Source: an uncultured Muribaculaceae bacterium (lineage in GTDB: Bacteria; Bacillota_I; Bacilli_A; RF39; UBA660). From it: a stretch of DNA of 56,863 bases. Numbering within the stretch: the first letter of the stretch is position 1; every line of letters starts with the position of its first letter. Positions 37,182 through 47,036 of this stretch are shown here, piece by piece. A program made the position numbers and the translations under genes. The notes beneath the pieces are model-generated. The model was not told the origin of the DNA, ran no database searches, and saw only the letters and a list, made by a program, of their open reading frames with translations. The DNA is taken from contig CAYWED010000001.1 of assembly GCA_964457135.1 (NCBI GenBank), positions 1-56,863 on the forward strand, given 5' to 3'.

Positions 37182-37520
37182 TCATGATTTCTTTTTTTCA
37201 TTTTTAGACTCCAAAATTGCCAATCTTTGTGCTAGTTCTATTATTTTTTCTTGTTGTTCAGCAATTTTTTTACTATTTCTAAAATTAATAAATACTAAAA
37301 ATATTATGCAAAAGACAAACAATAAAGATGGTGGATACGCTATTCCAAATAATTTGGCAACCCAGTTAATTGAGTAGGGAAATATAGATAATAGTAACAT
37401 TAAAATAGATGCGATGAACCACCAAAAACTTTCTTTAATAGAAAATTTCTTTTTTCTTACTTCATGAATTATATATAAAGTACATAAAACAGCAATAATA
37501 ATAAAATATATTTTGTTCAT
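37182..37520 (-). CDS. DUF2304-family small membrane protein (GacJ-like partner of the GT2)
   Basis: 112 aa, three TM helices plus a charged C-terminal helix. It lies directly after, and 1 nt from, the polyprenyl-phosphate GT2, the typical GacI/GacJ arrangement. Confidence 0.55.
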   Translation of the reverse strand: MNKIYFIIIAVLCTLYIIHEVRKKKFSIKESFWWFIASILMLLLSIFPYSINWVAKLFGIAYPPSLLFVFCIIFLVFINFRNSKKIAEQQEKIIELAQRLAILESKNEKKKS

Positions 37521-37521
37521 A

Positions 37522-38247
37522 TTATTTCTCCTTTCTCTTTGGCATGATTAGAATGAAGAAAATTGTGTAAAACATATTAATCATATATTTGATAGGTTTT
37601 ATAATTCCACCATGCATACTGACCCCAGCTTCTCTTAAGCGCATTTTAACTGGCACTTCTTTTATGTTATACCCTGATAGAGCCATTTCTATTATTAAAT
37701 TTGCATCAGGAAATTCTGGATAGCCTCCAATGCTGGCATATCTTTTTATTACTTTTTTATTTATACACTGAAAGCCTGACATAGGGTCAGCGATTTTTTG
37801 ATGACAAAATATTTTTATTATCCATTCAAATATTTTTGTTCCTACTCTTCTAAAGAAAGGACAAGGATAACCAGTGTCTACTAAATATCTTGAACCTATT
37901 ACTATATCAGCTTTTTCTTTTTTTATAGTTTCATATAATTTTTCTGCTTCTTTTGCAATATGTTGTCCATCAGCATCCATAGTAATTACATAATCATAAT
38001 CATTAAGACACGCATATTTTATTCCGGTTTGACAAGCCCAGGCATATCTTAAATTAAATATTCCAGTTATGCATTTTACATTGTTTCTTTCTACAATTTC
38101 TTTAGTATTATCTTTACTGCAATCATTAATTACTAGAATGTCTGCATATGAAACATCTTTTTTGATTTCATTTAAAACTTTTTCAATATTCTCGGCTTCG
38201 TTATACGCTGGGATTACGAATAATACTTTATCTTTTTTTTCTTTCAT
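37522..38247 (-). CDS. GT2 polyprenyl-phosphate glycosyltransferase (GacI/DPM1-like)
   Basis: 241 aa. VLFVIPAYNEAENIEKVL.. and ..MDADGQH.. are present and there is no C-terminal TM domain. Confidence 0.8.
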   Translation of the reverse strand: MKEKKDKVLFVIPAYNEAENIEKVLNEIKKDVSYADILVINDCSKDNTKEIVERNNVKCITGIFNLRYAWACQTGIKYACLNDYDYVITMDADGQHIAKEAEKLYETIKKEKADIVIGSRYLVDTGYPCPFFRRVGTKIFEWIIKIFCHQKIADPMSGFQCINKKVIKRYASIGGYPEFPDANLIIEMALSGYNIKEVPVKMRLREAGVSMHGGIIKPIKYMINMFYTIFFILIMPKRKEK

Positions 38248-38281
38248 AACTTACTTCCTCGTCTTTCTATACCAAATACTA

Positions 38282-38617
38282 TTAGTCTTTTTCCTTATTT
38301 AGTTTTTTCTTTAAGAGCGATACTTCTACAGTTAAATCATTTATTTTTTTATTATAATTAATTAAATCTATATGTGCTTTATAAACTAAAATAAGTAAAA
38401 TTACTACACATCCTATAAGTAGAGTTTCTTCTGTACTTTCAATGCCTATTAATAAAGTTAATTTATTTAAGACTATTGGATATATTATCAAAAACAATAA
38501 AACAGCAATAGGAAACAATAAATATCTTAATCCTTTTTTTGTTATTTTTTCTTTTTTTAATTCCAATAAAACATAAATAATAGTACACATTACAATGATA
38601 AAAATAGCGTTTTTCAT
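38282..38617 (-). CDS. second DUF2304-like small membrane protein
   Basis: 111 aa with the same layout as 37182-37520: three TM helices plus a C-terminal coiled helix (DLTVEVSLLKKKLNKEK). Confidence 0.4.
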   Translation of the reverse strand: MKNAIFIIVMCTIIYVLLELKKEKITKKGLRYLLFPIAVLLFLIIYPIVLNKLTLLIGIESTEETLLIGCVVILLILVYKAHIDLINYNKKINDLTVEVSLLKKKLNKEKD

Positions 38618-38620
38618 TTT

Positions 38621-40828
38621 TTATTTCTCCTCACATTTTGTATTAAAATCTTTAATTATATATCCTTGTTTTAATAATTCATTTATTTGATTTATGATAG
38701 GTAGTTCTGATATATTTTTATTTTCTATTAAAAACTCTACTATATTTCTATCTATGATTATAGTTTTTGTCAATAGATTTTTTAGTTTAACATTAAAACG
38801 TAATTTTATTATTATAGAGTAAATTTTGTTTTTTAAAAACTCGAATTTATTTAAATTTCTAGGCATTAATATTACATTTGCTTTTAATATTTTTACTTTT
38901 TCAACTAAATTTTGCATATCTTCTGTGGTAAAATCATATGCCTCGTCTAATAGTAAAACATAATCATATTTATTTTCATATGCATATTTAATAAGAGTTT
39001 GATAAGCTACACTAAAATCTACTTGGTAAGGAAAATTCAAAATACTTATTTTTTCTTCTTTAGCAATATTATTTATTTCTGTTTTTAAGTAATTGTTTAA
39101 AATCAAAGTTTCTATATTATCTTTATTTTTCAACTCCATAACTAATTTTTGAATTTTTGAATGTTCATTAGACGTTAGCCCATATAATATTTTAGGGTTA
39201 TTATTTATTTCTTGCTTAACTGGTTTTACTGAATTTTTTTGATTTATTAATAAAAGTACTAATCCTAATAATGATATTGGATAAATAGGAAAAGCATATC
39301 TATCTATTAGTCCTCCTAAAGCTGCATGCATAAGTATATGAAAAAAAGCAGAGCCAAATATAATAGTACATATATAGTAAATTTCATTATTTTTATTTTT
39401 TATAAATTTTACGAAACAATAAAGTGAAATTGGTAGTGCTAATGCTAATAAAATTTTAAATAATACAAGATATATAGGTGAGATGTCAAATATGAAATCA
39501 CTGAGATTTTCGTTATGTGTTTCTATCCCTTCAAAATTATGATTTCTCATATATTTTACATTTTCTAATTTCCAAATATCTTCACTATGGTCTTGCCACC
39601 ATGTTTTATTCACATTATTATTATATACGTGCAATCCTAAATAATAATTTTCATGAGAGTAATCTAATACCAATTTATGATTAGGCCTATATCCTAATTC
39701 ATTTGATAATAGTTTTGATTCATACAAATCTACTATACTCATATAATTTCTATAGTAAGAATAAAGTGTCAATGTTGGATTTTTAATAGTATTTTTTAAC
39801 CAATAATTAATAGCATTTTCTGTTGATGGAAAATCACCATTAAATGTAATACTAGATTGTCCTATAATTTCTTCGTTTCTTACTATATTATATATTTTGA
39901 TATGAGTACACCAATTAATGTCTTTATTACTTAATTTTAGGATTTCTTCTTTTTCTTCTTCAGGTAGTAATGAATTAGTTATATAATTTATTTGGCAATA
40001 TTCTTCTTTTGGAACTTCATAGTAGTACGCATTTAAACTTTGAATTAACCCTTTTGCTAAAAAGAAGTTATTTCCATTTTTTGCAGTAGTATCTACTCCA
40101 TTACTATTTAATATTTTATTCCATCCAATTATAGATAAGAGAAGCATTACAATTGTAATTATTAAAGTTGATACTTTTTCAAAAAAGATTTTCCAAGATT
40201 TATTTTTTAATCCTATTAAACAAGTGGATATGGTTATTATAAACAAAATTACTGGCATGTAAGGTTGTTTTAAAAACCACATAAAGATTGTTATTAATGA
40301 AAATGCAAGTGTTATTATAATACTTTTAGTTTTGCTGTTTGACCAATTAATATCTTTCCATTTAAAGGCAATAAAAGTAGTTAACATTATAATAGCTGGA
40401 GCAACTGCTTCGGTTAAAAGTGTATGCGAATATCCTATTATAAGAGGATTAAAAATTATCAAAATAATATAGAGCATATAATATAGAAAGTTATTATACT
40501 TATGATATTTATCTAAAATATTTTTTAAAATTAAGAATGAGAAAGTTATTAAAATTAAATATAATATGAAAAATCCTATTAATATTCCGACAGGGTTATT
40601 TCCAAATAATTTTGTAAAGATATATAGTAAAAGTGGAAGAGTAGGTCCTCTAGTAATGTCCCATGTTTCAAATGGAGTAATTCCGTTTAATATACTAATA
40701 TACCAATAATAACCAGTCCCATCATATGTAACAAATAATGAAAATTGAAAATAAAGTAATGCAAATAGCAAAATAACTATTAATATTACTATTAATCTCT
40801 TATAATTTTTTAAAATGTTTTCAATCAT
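38621..40828 (-). CDS. large polytopic membrane protein with cytoplasmic C-terminal domain (possible GT-C glycosyltransferase)
   Basis: 735 aa. There are about 12 TM helices, with an aromatic/acidic first loop YDGTGYYWY, then an approximately 190-aa soluble tail. Confidence 0.45.
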   Translation of the reverse strand: MIENILKNYKRLIVILIVILLFALLYFQFSLFVTYDGTGYYWYISILNGITPFETWDITRGPTLPLLLYIFTKLFGNNPVGILIGFFILYLILITFSFLILKNILDKYHKYNNFLYYMLYIILIIFNPLIIGYSHTLLTEAVAPAIIMLTTFIAFKWKDINWSNSKTKSIIITLAFSLITIFMWFLKQPYMPVILFIITISTCLIGLKNKSWKIFFEKVSTLIITIVMLLLSIIGWNKILNSNGVDTTAKNGNNFFLAKGLIQSLNAYYYEVPKEEYCQINYITNSLLPEEEKEEILKLSNKDINWCTHIKIYNIVRNEEIIGQSSITFNGDFPSTENAINYWLKNTIKNPTLTLYSYYRNYMSIVDLYESKLLSNELGYRPNHKLVLDYSHENYYLGLHVYNNNVNKTWWQDHSEDIWKLENVKYMRNHNFEGIETHNENLSDFIFDISPIYLVLFKILLALALPISLYCFVKFIKNKNNEIYYICTIIFGSAFFHILMHAALGGLIDRYAFPIYPISLLGLVLLLINQKNSVKPVKQEINNNPKILYGLTSNEHSKIQKLVMELKNKDNIETLILNNYLKTEINNIAKEEKISILNFPYQVDFSVAYQTLIKYAYENKYDYVLLLDEAYDFTTEDMQNLVEKVKILKANVILMPRNLNKFEFLKNKIYSIIIKLRFNVKLKNLLTKTIIIDRNIVEFLIENKNISELPIINQINELLKQGYIIKDFNTKCEEK

Positions 40829-40875
40829 AGTAAATTCCTTTCTTTTGTTATAGTGGTGAAAAATTATTTTTAAAA

Positions 40876-41787
40876 TTATTTTTCTAAAAATTCTTTAACT
40901 GATTTCTGACTATTATTAGAATACTCTTTTCTCCATTTTTTATATTCATCAAAAATTATTTTTTTATTATTTTGACAAGTATCTATTTTTTCCACTATTT
41001 CATTTATATCATCATCACTTTTTAATACTAAATAATTTTTAAGTCTAGTGTTGTTATCTAACATTTCGGTATTTCCTAATAAACACAATGTTCCGTTATC
41101 CATACTATATATAAAATGAGATATGTTAGTGTCAAAAAATTTGATATATAGATTGATTTTTGTACTAGACATAAGTTCATATATATCTTTAATTGGTTTG
41201 ATTTCTAAATTAAAATCTTCTCCAAATTTCTTAGTTACATTCATGGCATTTTGAACATATACATTTTTATATTTTGTTAATGTTATTGCACTCAATTCAT
41301 TAAAAAAACTACTCTCATCTGTATAATCTAATCCCATAATACCAATAGCATTTTCTTTTGAAAACTCTTTTTTTAAGTTTATATCTAATTGTAAATAAGA
41401 AAGGTTATATTTTCTTTTAAATGCTAAATATAAATTATAATCTAATACAGCTATTGTATCAATTAATTTTCTCTCTTGATATTCAATTATTTGAAAAAAA
41501 GTTGAGTATAAATCGACGTTAAATAAAGATGCAAGTGAGTATTTAAAAATCCACTTCTTTTTTAAGTTTTTTGATAATAATGGTAGTAATAGATAATAAT
41601 TATAATAAAAATCGAAAAAAATTACTTGGTTATATTTTGAATTAATTTCTTCAGCTAGTTTTTCAATTTCAGGAGGAGTAATATTAAATGGAATAGAAGA
41701 GACTTCACATGATGAAAAAGAATATTTTAAAGGTTCTATATATTCTAATTGATTTTCATCTATAAACAATATTGTTTTATTTTTCAT
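40876..41787 (-). CDS. hypothetical protein
   Basis: Start placed at the ATG at 41787, after GGGGGTG. About 303 aa and soluble, with no clear motif. It overlaps the upstream gene by 11 nt. Confidence 0.45.
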   Translation of the reverse strand: MKNKTILFIDENQLEYIEPLKYSFSSCEVSSIPFNITPPEIEKLAEEINSKYNQVIFFDFYYNYYLLLPLLSKNLKKKWIFKYSLASLFNVDLYSTFFQIIEYQERKLIDTIAVLDYNLYLAFKRKYNLSYLQLDINLKKEFSKENAIGIMGLDYTDESSFFNELSAITLTKYKNVYVQNAMNVTKKFGEDFNLEIKPIKDIYELMSSTKINLYIKFFDTNISHFIYSMDNGTLCLLGNTEMLDNNTRLKNYLVLKSDDDINEIVEKIDTCQNNKKIIFDEYKKWRKEYSNNSQKSVKEFLEK

Positions 41788-43603
41788 TTGTTTCACCCCC
41801 AACTCTTATATATTCGTTAACGCCTTCGATACTTAAATGATTATTATTTTTTTCCCATACTTTATATAGATTAAGAATTTTTTCTTTATTTTTTAAACAC
41901 AATTCTATTTTTGTAGATATTTCTTGTAAATTACATTCGTTATCTACTACAATATACTTTTCTAATTCTTCATTTTTAAAGTAGTGATGGTTATTTCCTG
42001 TTATACATGGTGTTCCTACTGCAAAACTTTCTAATGGAAGCATTGGAGCACATTCTGAGAAAGTCGTATATAAAACTATATCGCAGTTTGCCATATGTTG
42101 TAATAATTCTTCTCTAGGTACAGGATGGTCAATTCCTTCAATTTTTATTCCTATTTTCTTCGCAAATTCTTGTGCTTTTTTATTTATTGGTACCATATCA
42201 ATAATTACTTCTTTATTTAGTTGTGTTAGTGATGCTATTTGTGAAAAAACGTTTTTTCTAAAGTCTTCTGTTTTTGCAGCATATATACCAACACGAAGTA
42301 TATTTTTTTCATTATTTTGTCTTTTAATTTTTAAATTTTTAGGTAAAATCACTCTATTTCTTAAAAATTTTATTTTACATCCCTTATCTTTGTAAAAATT
42401 TACTAAAGATGCTTTACAAGTAGCCATTTCATCTAATATACCTTTTTTAGACAATTCGTATATTTCCATATTTCTTTTCCAACCATATGGTTCAAGAACT
42501 TGAGAATGGCTTCCATGATAGTATGTTTTTACAATTACATTAGCTTGATGAAGTTTTTTAACAAGGTCTTTCCATCCAATGCAAAATCCACTAAAAATTA
42601 CCTCTTTTATATTTGCTTCTATTATTTCATTATAGACTTTTTTTATATCTTTTGACCTTAAAAGTTCAGAACAAGGTATAACATTTTCAAATAGTTCTTT
42701 AGTTGCATTTGTAACTCCTAACCAATTTGGATTAACAAATGCAACATATTTTACTTTATTACTTTTTATATTTTTTAAAGATAATAATGTGTTATTTAAG
42801 TCTTCTAAATATTTTTTTGTTATTTTTGATTTTTTTCGCTTGTATATAATAATTGGGTATAATAATAGTTTTATTCCTTTTTTTATAATTTTTTTTGATT
42901 TACTTACTAATTTTATAAATCTAGTTCCATTTTTTTTACCTAACAATCTATATATTTTATTTTCTCTCTGTTCGTATTTTGGTGTCCAAGATGCATCATA
43001 ATAATGTATCATGCATGTATTTTCAGTAAATACATTAAATTGATGGTTATATGATAATGGATAAAAGTAATCACGCGGATATATAGTTATATTGTGATTT
43101 AAATGTTGGATTGTTAATTTTGATGTATCAAAATCTGTTAGAATATTACTTATTATACGAGGAATACTAATTGTATATAGATTATCAATATCGAAAAAAC
43201 TTTGAGATTGATAAAAATCTAATAATTCTTTTGAAAGATAACTATAAGGCTCTGGTTCATACCATACTCCACACGCTATCATATGTGAGTCTTCTACACC
43301 TAAGAAACTCTCGTTTTTATTAATTAGTTCATCTATTGATTTTGTTACTTCCATGTCAGTGTCAAAATAAATTCCACCCATCTCGTACATAACTTTAGTT
43401 CTTACATAATCTGCTACAAAAGCCCATTTTTTATTTTCGTATGCTTCTTTTACAAATGGACATTCATTTAAATCAACATTGCTTTCATTCCATTCAATTA
43501 TTTTGTAATCGGGTAAATATTTTTCCCAACTTTTTATGCATTTTTTTGCTAGTTTTGGAAGTGGCTTTCCTCCAAACCAACAATAGTGTATATATTTTTT
43601 CAT
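41777..43603 (-). CDS. two-domain glycosyltransferase: GT32 (DXD, Caps_synth-like) N-terminal plus GT4-like C-terminal
   Basis: 608 aa. The N-terminus IHYCWFGGKPLP...IKSWEKYLPDYKIIEWNE...GGIYFDTDME is a GT32 signature. The C-terminal approximately 300 aa is GT-B-like (..TTFSECAPMLPLESFA..). Confidence 0.7.
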   Translation of the reverse strand: MKKYIHYCWFGGKPLPKLAKKCIKSWEKYLPDYKIIEWNESNVDLNECPFVKEAYENKKWAFVADYVRTKVMYEMGGIYFDTDMEVTKSIDELINKNESFLGVEDSHMIACGVWYEPEPYSYLSKELLDFYQSQSFFDIDNLYTISIPRIISNILTDFDTSKLTIQHLNHNITIYPRDYFYPLSYNHQFNVFTENTCMIHYYDASWTPKYEQRENKIYRLLGKKNGTRFIKLVSKSKKIIKKGIKLLLYPIIIYKRKKSKITKKYLEDLNNTLLSLKNIKSNKVKYVAFVNPNWLGVTNATKELFENVIPCSELLRSKDIKKVYNEIIEANIKEVIFSGFCIGWKDLVKKLHQANVIVKTYYHGSHSQVLEPYGWKRNMEIYELSKKGILDEMATCKASLVNFYKDKGCKIKFLRNRVILPKNLKIKRQNNEKNILRVGIYAAKTEDFRKNVFSQIASLTQLNKEVIIDMVPINKKAQEFAKKIGIKIEGIDHPVPREELLQHMANCDIVLYTTFSECAPMLPLESFAVGTPCITGNNHHYFKNEELEKYIVVDNECNLQEISTKIELCLKNKEKILNLYKVWEKNNNHLSIEGVNEYIRVGGETNEK

Positions 43604-43611
43604 AAAACCTC

Positions 43612-44343
43612 CTACTTCATTTGCATATTGTAATATTCATCACATACTTCTTTAGGTTCTCCTATCTTTACTATTTGACCGTGTTCTATCCAAACAACTT
43701 TTGTACATAAGTCTTTTATAGATTGTAGTGAGTGAGAAACATAAAGGACTGTTGTTCCGCCTTTTATCATTTCGAGCATTTTATTTTTACTTTTTTCTTG
43801 GAATTTTATATCTCCTACCGAGAGAATTTCATCAACTATTAGTATTTCAGGATTTACTATAGTTGCTATTGAGAAAGCAAGTTTTGCAGTCATACCTGAA
43901 GAAAAGTTTTTTACTGGGACATCTAAGAATTCTCTTAATTCTGAAAACTCAACAATGCTTTCAAATTTTTCATCTAAGAATTTTTTTGAGTATCCAAGAA
44001 TTGCTCCATTTAAATAAATATTTTCTCTAGCTGTTAAGTTTGGGTCAAATCCTGCACCTAATTCTATCATTGGAGATATTACTCCATTTACTGTAACTTT
44101 TCCTTTAGTTGGTTTCATTACTCCACTTACAACTTTTAATAGAGTAGATTTACCAGCACCATTACTTCCAATAAGACCTACTACTTCGCCTTTGTTTATA
44201 TGGAAGCTTATATCTTTAAGTGCCCAGAATGTTTCTTTTTTCTTTTTCTTTCCTTTGAAAAGATTAACAAATACTTGCTTCATCGAGTTATCTTTTTCTA
44301 TTCCAAGGTTGAATTTCATTGATACGTTTTCTATGTGAATCAT
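43612..44343 (-). CDS. polysaccharide/teichoic-acid ABC exporter ATP-binding protein (TagH/Wzt-like, no C-terminal carbohydrate-binding domain)
   Basis: 243 aa. Walker A is GSNGAGKST, the signature is FSSGMTAKL and Walker B is ILIVDEIL. Confidence 0.9.
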   Translation of the reverse strand: MIHIENVSMKFNLGIEKDNSMKQVFVNLFKGKKKKKETFWALKDISFHINKGEVVGLIGSNGAGKSTLLKVVSGVMKPTKGKVTVNGVISPMIELGAGFDPNLTARENIYLNGAILGYSKKFLDEKFESIVEFSELREFLDVPVKNFSSGMTAKLAFSIATIVNPEILIVDEILSVGDIKFQEKSKNKMLEMIKGGTTVLYVSHSLQSIKDLCTKVVWIEHGQIVKIGEPKEVCDEYYNMQMK

Positions 44344-44358
44344 GTCTTCCTCCTATTT

Positions 44359-44377
44359 TTGCAAGCAATGCTTGCAA
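44359..44377. other. perfect intercistronic palindrome
   Basis: TTGCAAGC-aat-GCTTGCAA, in the 42-nt gap between the permease and ATPase genes. Confidence 0.6.
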
Positions 44378-44385
44378 TTTTTATT

Positions 44386-45204
44386 CTATATGTAGTATAT
44401 AAATTTATCTTGTTTTTTCTTAAATACATATGCACCTAATATTAGCATAAATACAGCCATTAATCCCATTACTAAAAGTCTTAATGGAGTTGGAGAATTT
44501 CCATAAAGCACTATTGTTCTTGCTCCATCTATAAATTGGTATAATGGGTTGAATCTCATAAGCAAAAGCAATTTTGGAGGTAATATTTCAATGCTATAGA
44601 ATATTGGAGTTAAATAGGTCCATAGAGTAAGTACTATTCCATATATATGAAATATATCTCTTAAAAAAACCGATAGACAAGATAGTAGTAACCCTAAGCC
44701 AACTGCAAATAAAAATAAGCATAAAAATATATATGGAAGTAATAAATAATAAATATTAAAATGGCAAGTAAATTGTCCTAAGCCAAAATATGAAAGTGCT
44801 ATTATAGCTAGCCATGGAATTAATGTTAATAGAAAATCTATTCCTACAAATAAACACTTAGAGATTGGAAATATATATTTTGGTATATATACTTTATTTA
44901 TTAATGTAAAGTTTTCTACTACTGAAGTCATTGCTTGATTTGATGCTTGACTAAAATAGTTAAACATTATAATACCAGTCATAAGATAAACTATATAATT
45001 TACTCCAGGAACATTAAATTTAAACATTTGAGAGAATACTATAGTCATTACTGTCATAGTTAGAATTGGGTTTAGTAAACTCCAGAGAATTCCAAGTACT
45101 GACCTTTTATATTTTACTTTAAAGTCTCTTTCTATTAATTGTGTCATTAAAAACCAATAGCGTTTAAAATTGTTTATAATAGCTTTTATCACATTCCACC
45201 TCAC
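44386..45204 (-). CDS. ABC-2 type polysaccharide/teichoic-acid exporter permease (TagG/Wzm-like)
   Basis: 272 aa, six TM helices. The N-terminal LIERDFKVKYKRSVLGILWSLLNP motif is typical of ABC-2 permeases. Confidence 0.85.
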   Translation of the reverse strand: MRWNVIKAIINNFKRYWFLMTQLIERDFKVKYKRSVLGILWSLLNPILTMTVMTIVFSQMFKFNVPGVNYIVYLMTGIIMFNYFSQASNQAMTSVVENFTLINKVYIPKYIFPISKCLFVGIDFLLTLIPWLAIIALSYFGLGQFTCHFNIYYLLLPYIFLCLFLFAVGLGLLLSCLSVFLRDIFHIYGIVLTLWTYLTPIFYSIEILPPKLLLLMRFNPLYQFIDGARTIVLYGNSPTPLRLLVMGLMAVFMLILGAYVFKKKQDKFIYYI

Positions 45205-45220
45205 GATTTTTATATATTTA

Positions 45221-46156
45221 TTATAGCATACGATATAAAGATGTGTATAGTTTTAAGAGTGTTTTATTTTTTATAACTGTTCTTTTTACAGCATTCATAT
45301 TTTGTATATAACTAGACTTTTTCCAATTTGGATATTCTTGTGAAATAATATTGTAAACTGTGTTTATAAATTCTTTTCTTAGTTTTTGATTACTTACATA
45401 TCTCATTTTTAGTGCATAAGTTGTTAATTCTTGAACATATAAGTTTTCTAAATTTTCATGTGTAGCATATTTTTTACAAAGGTTTAGTATTTTAATTATG
45501 TCATATACTCTTTTATCTACTGTTGTTTGTTCACTTTCATTATGGACTAAATAATTATATAAGCATTCATTTATTTTTGAAATTTTATTACATTTTGATA
45601 AATATGCAATAGAAAAGACAATATCTTCATATTTTAAGTCATTTGGAAAAGTAATATTATTTTTCGTTATTATTTCTTTTTTATATAATTTGTTCCATAC
45701 TGCAAAATTGAATTTTTCTAAATTAGTGATTATTTCATTTTGGGTTATGATGTTATTTGGATACACATTTCTGTTAATAACTTTATTTGTGTTTTCGTGT
45801 TTTTCAGTTATATTGCAAATACTTAAATCACTATTATTTTTTTCTATGTCGTTTACTAAAGTTTCGAGCATATTTTTTTCTATATAATCATCACTATCCA
45901 CAAATGCAATGTAGTCTCCATTTGATAATTCAATACCTTTATTTCTTGCTTTACTTAAGCCAGGATTTTCTAGTATTTCTAGTTTTATTTGACTCTCATA
46001 AGACTTAAGAATTTCTAAACTATTATCTGTGCTTCCATTTTCAATTACAATTATTTCAATATTTTTGTATGTTTGATTTAGTATGCTGTCTATGCAAGAA
46101 GCCAAATATTTACTACTATTATGGACAGGTACGATTATACTTACTAATTTTTTCAT
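45221..46156 (-). CDS. glycosyltransferase family 2
   Basis: 311 aa with VSIIVPVHNSSKYLASCIDSILNQTYKNIEIIVIENGSTDNS and DSDD. Confidence 0.9.
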   Translation of the reverse strand: MKKLVSIIVPVHNSSKYLASCIDSILNQTYKNIEIIVIENGSTDNSLEILKSYESQIKLEILENPGLSKARNKGIELSNGDYIAFVDSDDYIEKNMLETLVNDIEKNNSDLSICNITEKHENTNKVINRNVYPNNIITQNEIITNLEKFNFAVWNKLYKKEIITKNNITFPNDLKYEDIVFSIAYLSKCNKISKINECLYNYLVHNESEQTTVDKRVYDIIKILNLCKKYATHENLENLYVQELTTYALKMRYVSNQKLRKEFINTVYNIISQEYPNWKKSSYIQNMNAVKRTVIKNKTLLKLYTSLYRML

Positions 46157-46171
46157 ATATTTTCTCCTATT

Positions 46172-47036
46172 TTATTGTGGCTTTATATTTTTTGTTATTT
46201 CAACAAAAAAGTTTTCACTCCATATATTTAATGATTCTGTGTCTATTATAAAGGGCATTATATCTCTTTTTGCATCTTCATAATCAATTTCTTTAAATTT
46301 TTTATATAACATTTCTTTTAATTCATCTATTGTTATTATTTTATTTTTTAGAATAACTTTAGAATCAATTAGTTTATTAGTAATTAATTCCATATTTACT
46401 TTTATATCTTTTGATAGAAAGAAAATATAGTCATACAGGTCTCTCTTTTACTCTATTCTTCCAACCTCTACATAAAATTGCGTGAATTTTGCCAGCAAGT
46501 AAAGACTCTTCATCATAAAGTTTGATTTCATGAGGTGATGGAAGAAGTTTATATTTAATGTTATAAGTTGCACCTTCAGGAGGATTAGTATCTACTTCAA
46601 ATTTGATTTTTATATTTTTAAAAAGTTTGTCTTTTTTTGTGGATTGCTCGTTTGGAAAAAATAGTAATATATATTCTATAATGTCTCCTTTTAAAAATGC
46701 TGAAGTTATATTACTTTCGGAAGTTTTTTCTTTTTTAGTTAAGGTTAAGTTTAAACCATAAGAGTTTGCTTCTTTTTCTATATATGTAAAATATTTAGAT
46801 ATATTAAAATTCTTATTTGGTCTTATTAGCGAAAAATCTAAGTCTTCAGAAAATCTATTTAATCCATAAAATATTCTTAAAGCAGTCCCACCATAAAATG
46901 CTGCCTCATTAAAAAATCTTCCTCTACTTAATCCTGATAATATTATTTCTTGAATTATTTCTTTAATAGCATTAATTTCATCTTGTTCATTTTTTATATC
47001 ATATTTTTCGAGCATTTGTTTTAAAATATTATTCAT
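46172..47036 (-). pseudogene. AbiEii/AbiGii-family nucleotidyltransferase toxin (type IV TA), frameshifted
   Basis: The 201-aa ORF (..GGTALRIFYGLNRFSEDLDFS..) stops at TGA 46431-46433. The family continues in the other frame (KRDLYDYIFFL..) into the 73-aa ORF. The shift is in the A4 run, shown as T4 on the plus strand at 46446-46449. Confidence 0.7.

Noticed and set aside
46446-46449. Treating the AbiEii frameshift as certain biological inactivation.
   Set aside because: It is a single 1-nt change in a homopolymer and could be a sequencing or assembly error or a phase-variable tract. It is reported as a pseudogene with that caveat. This contrasts with galE, where four independent lesions cluster.
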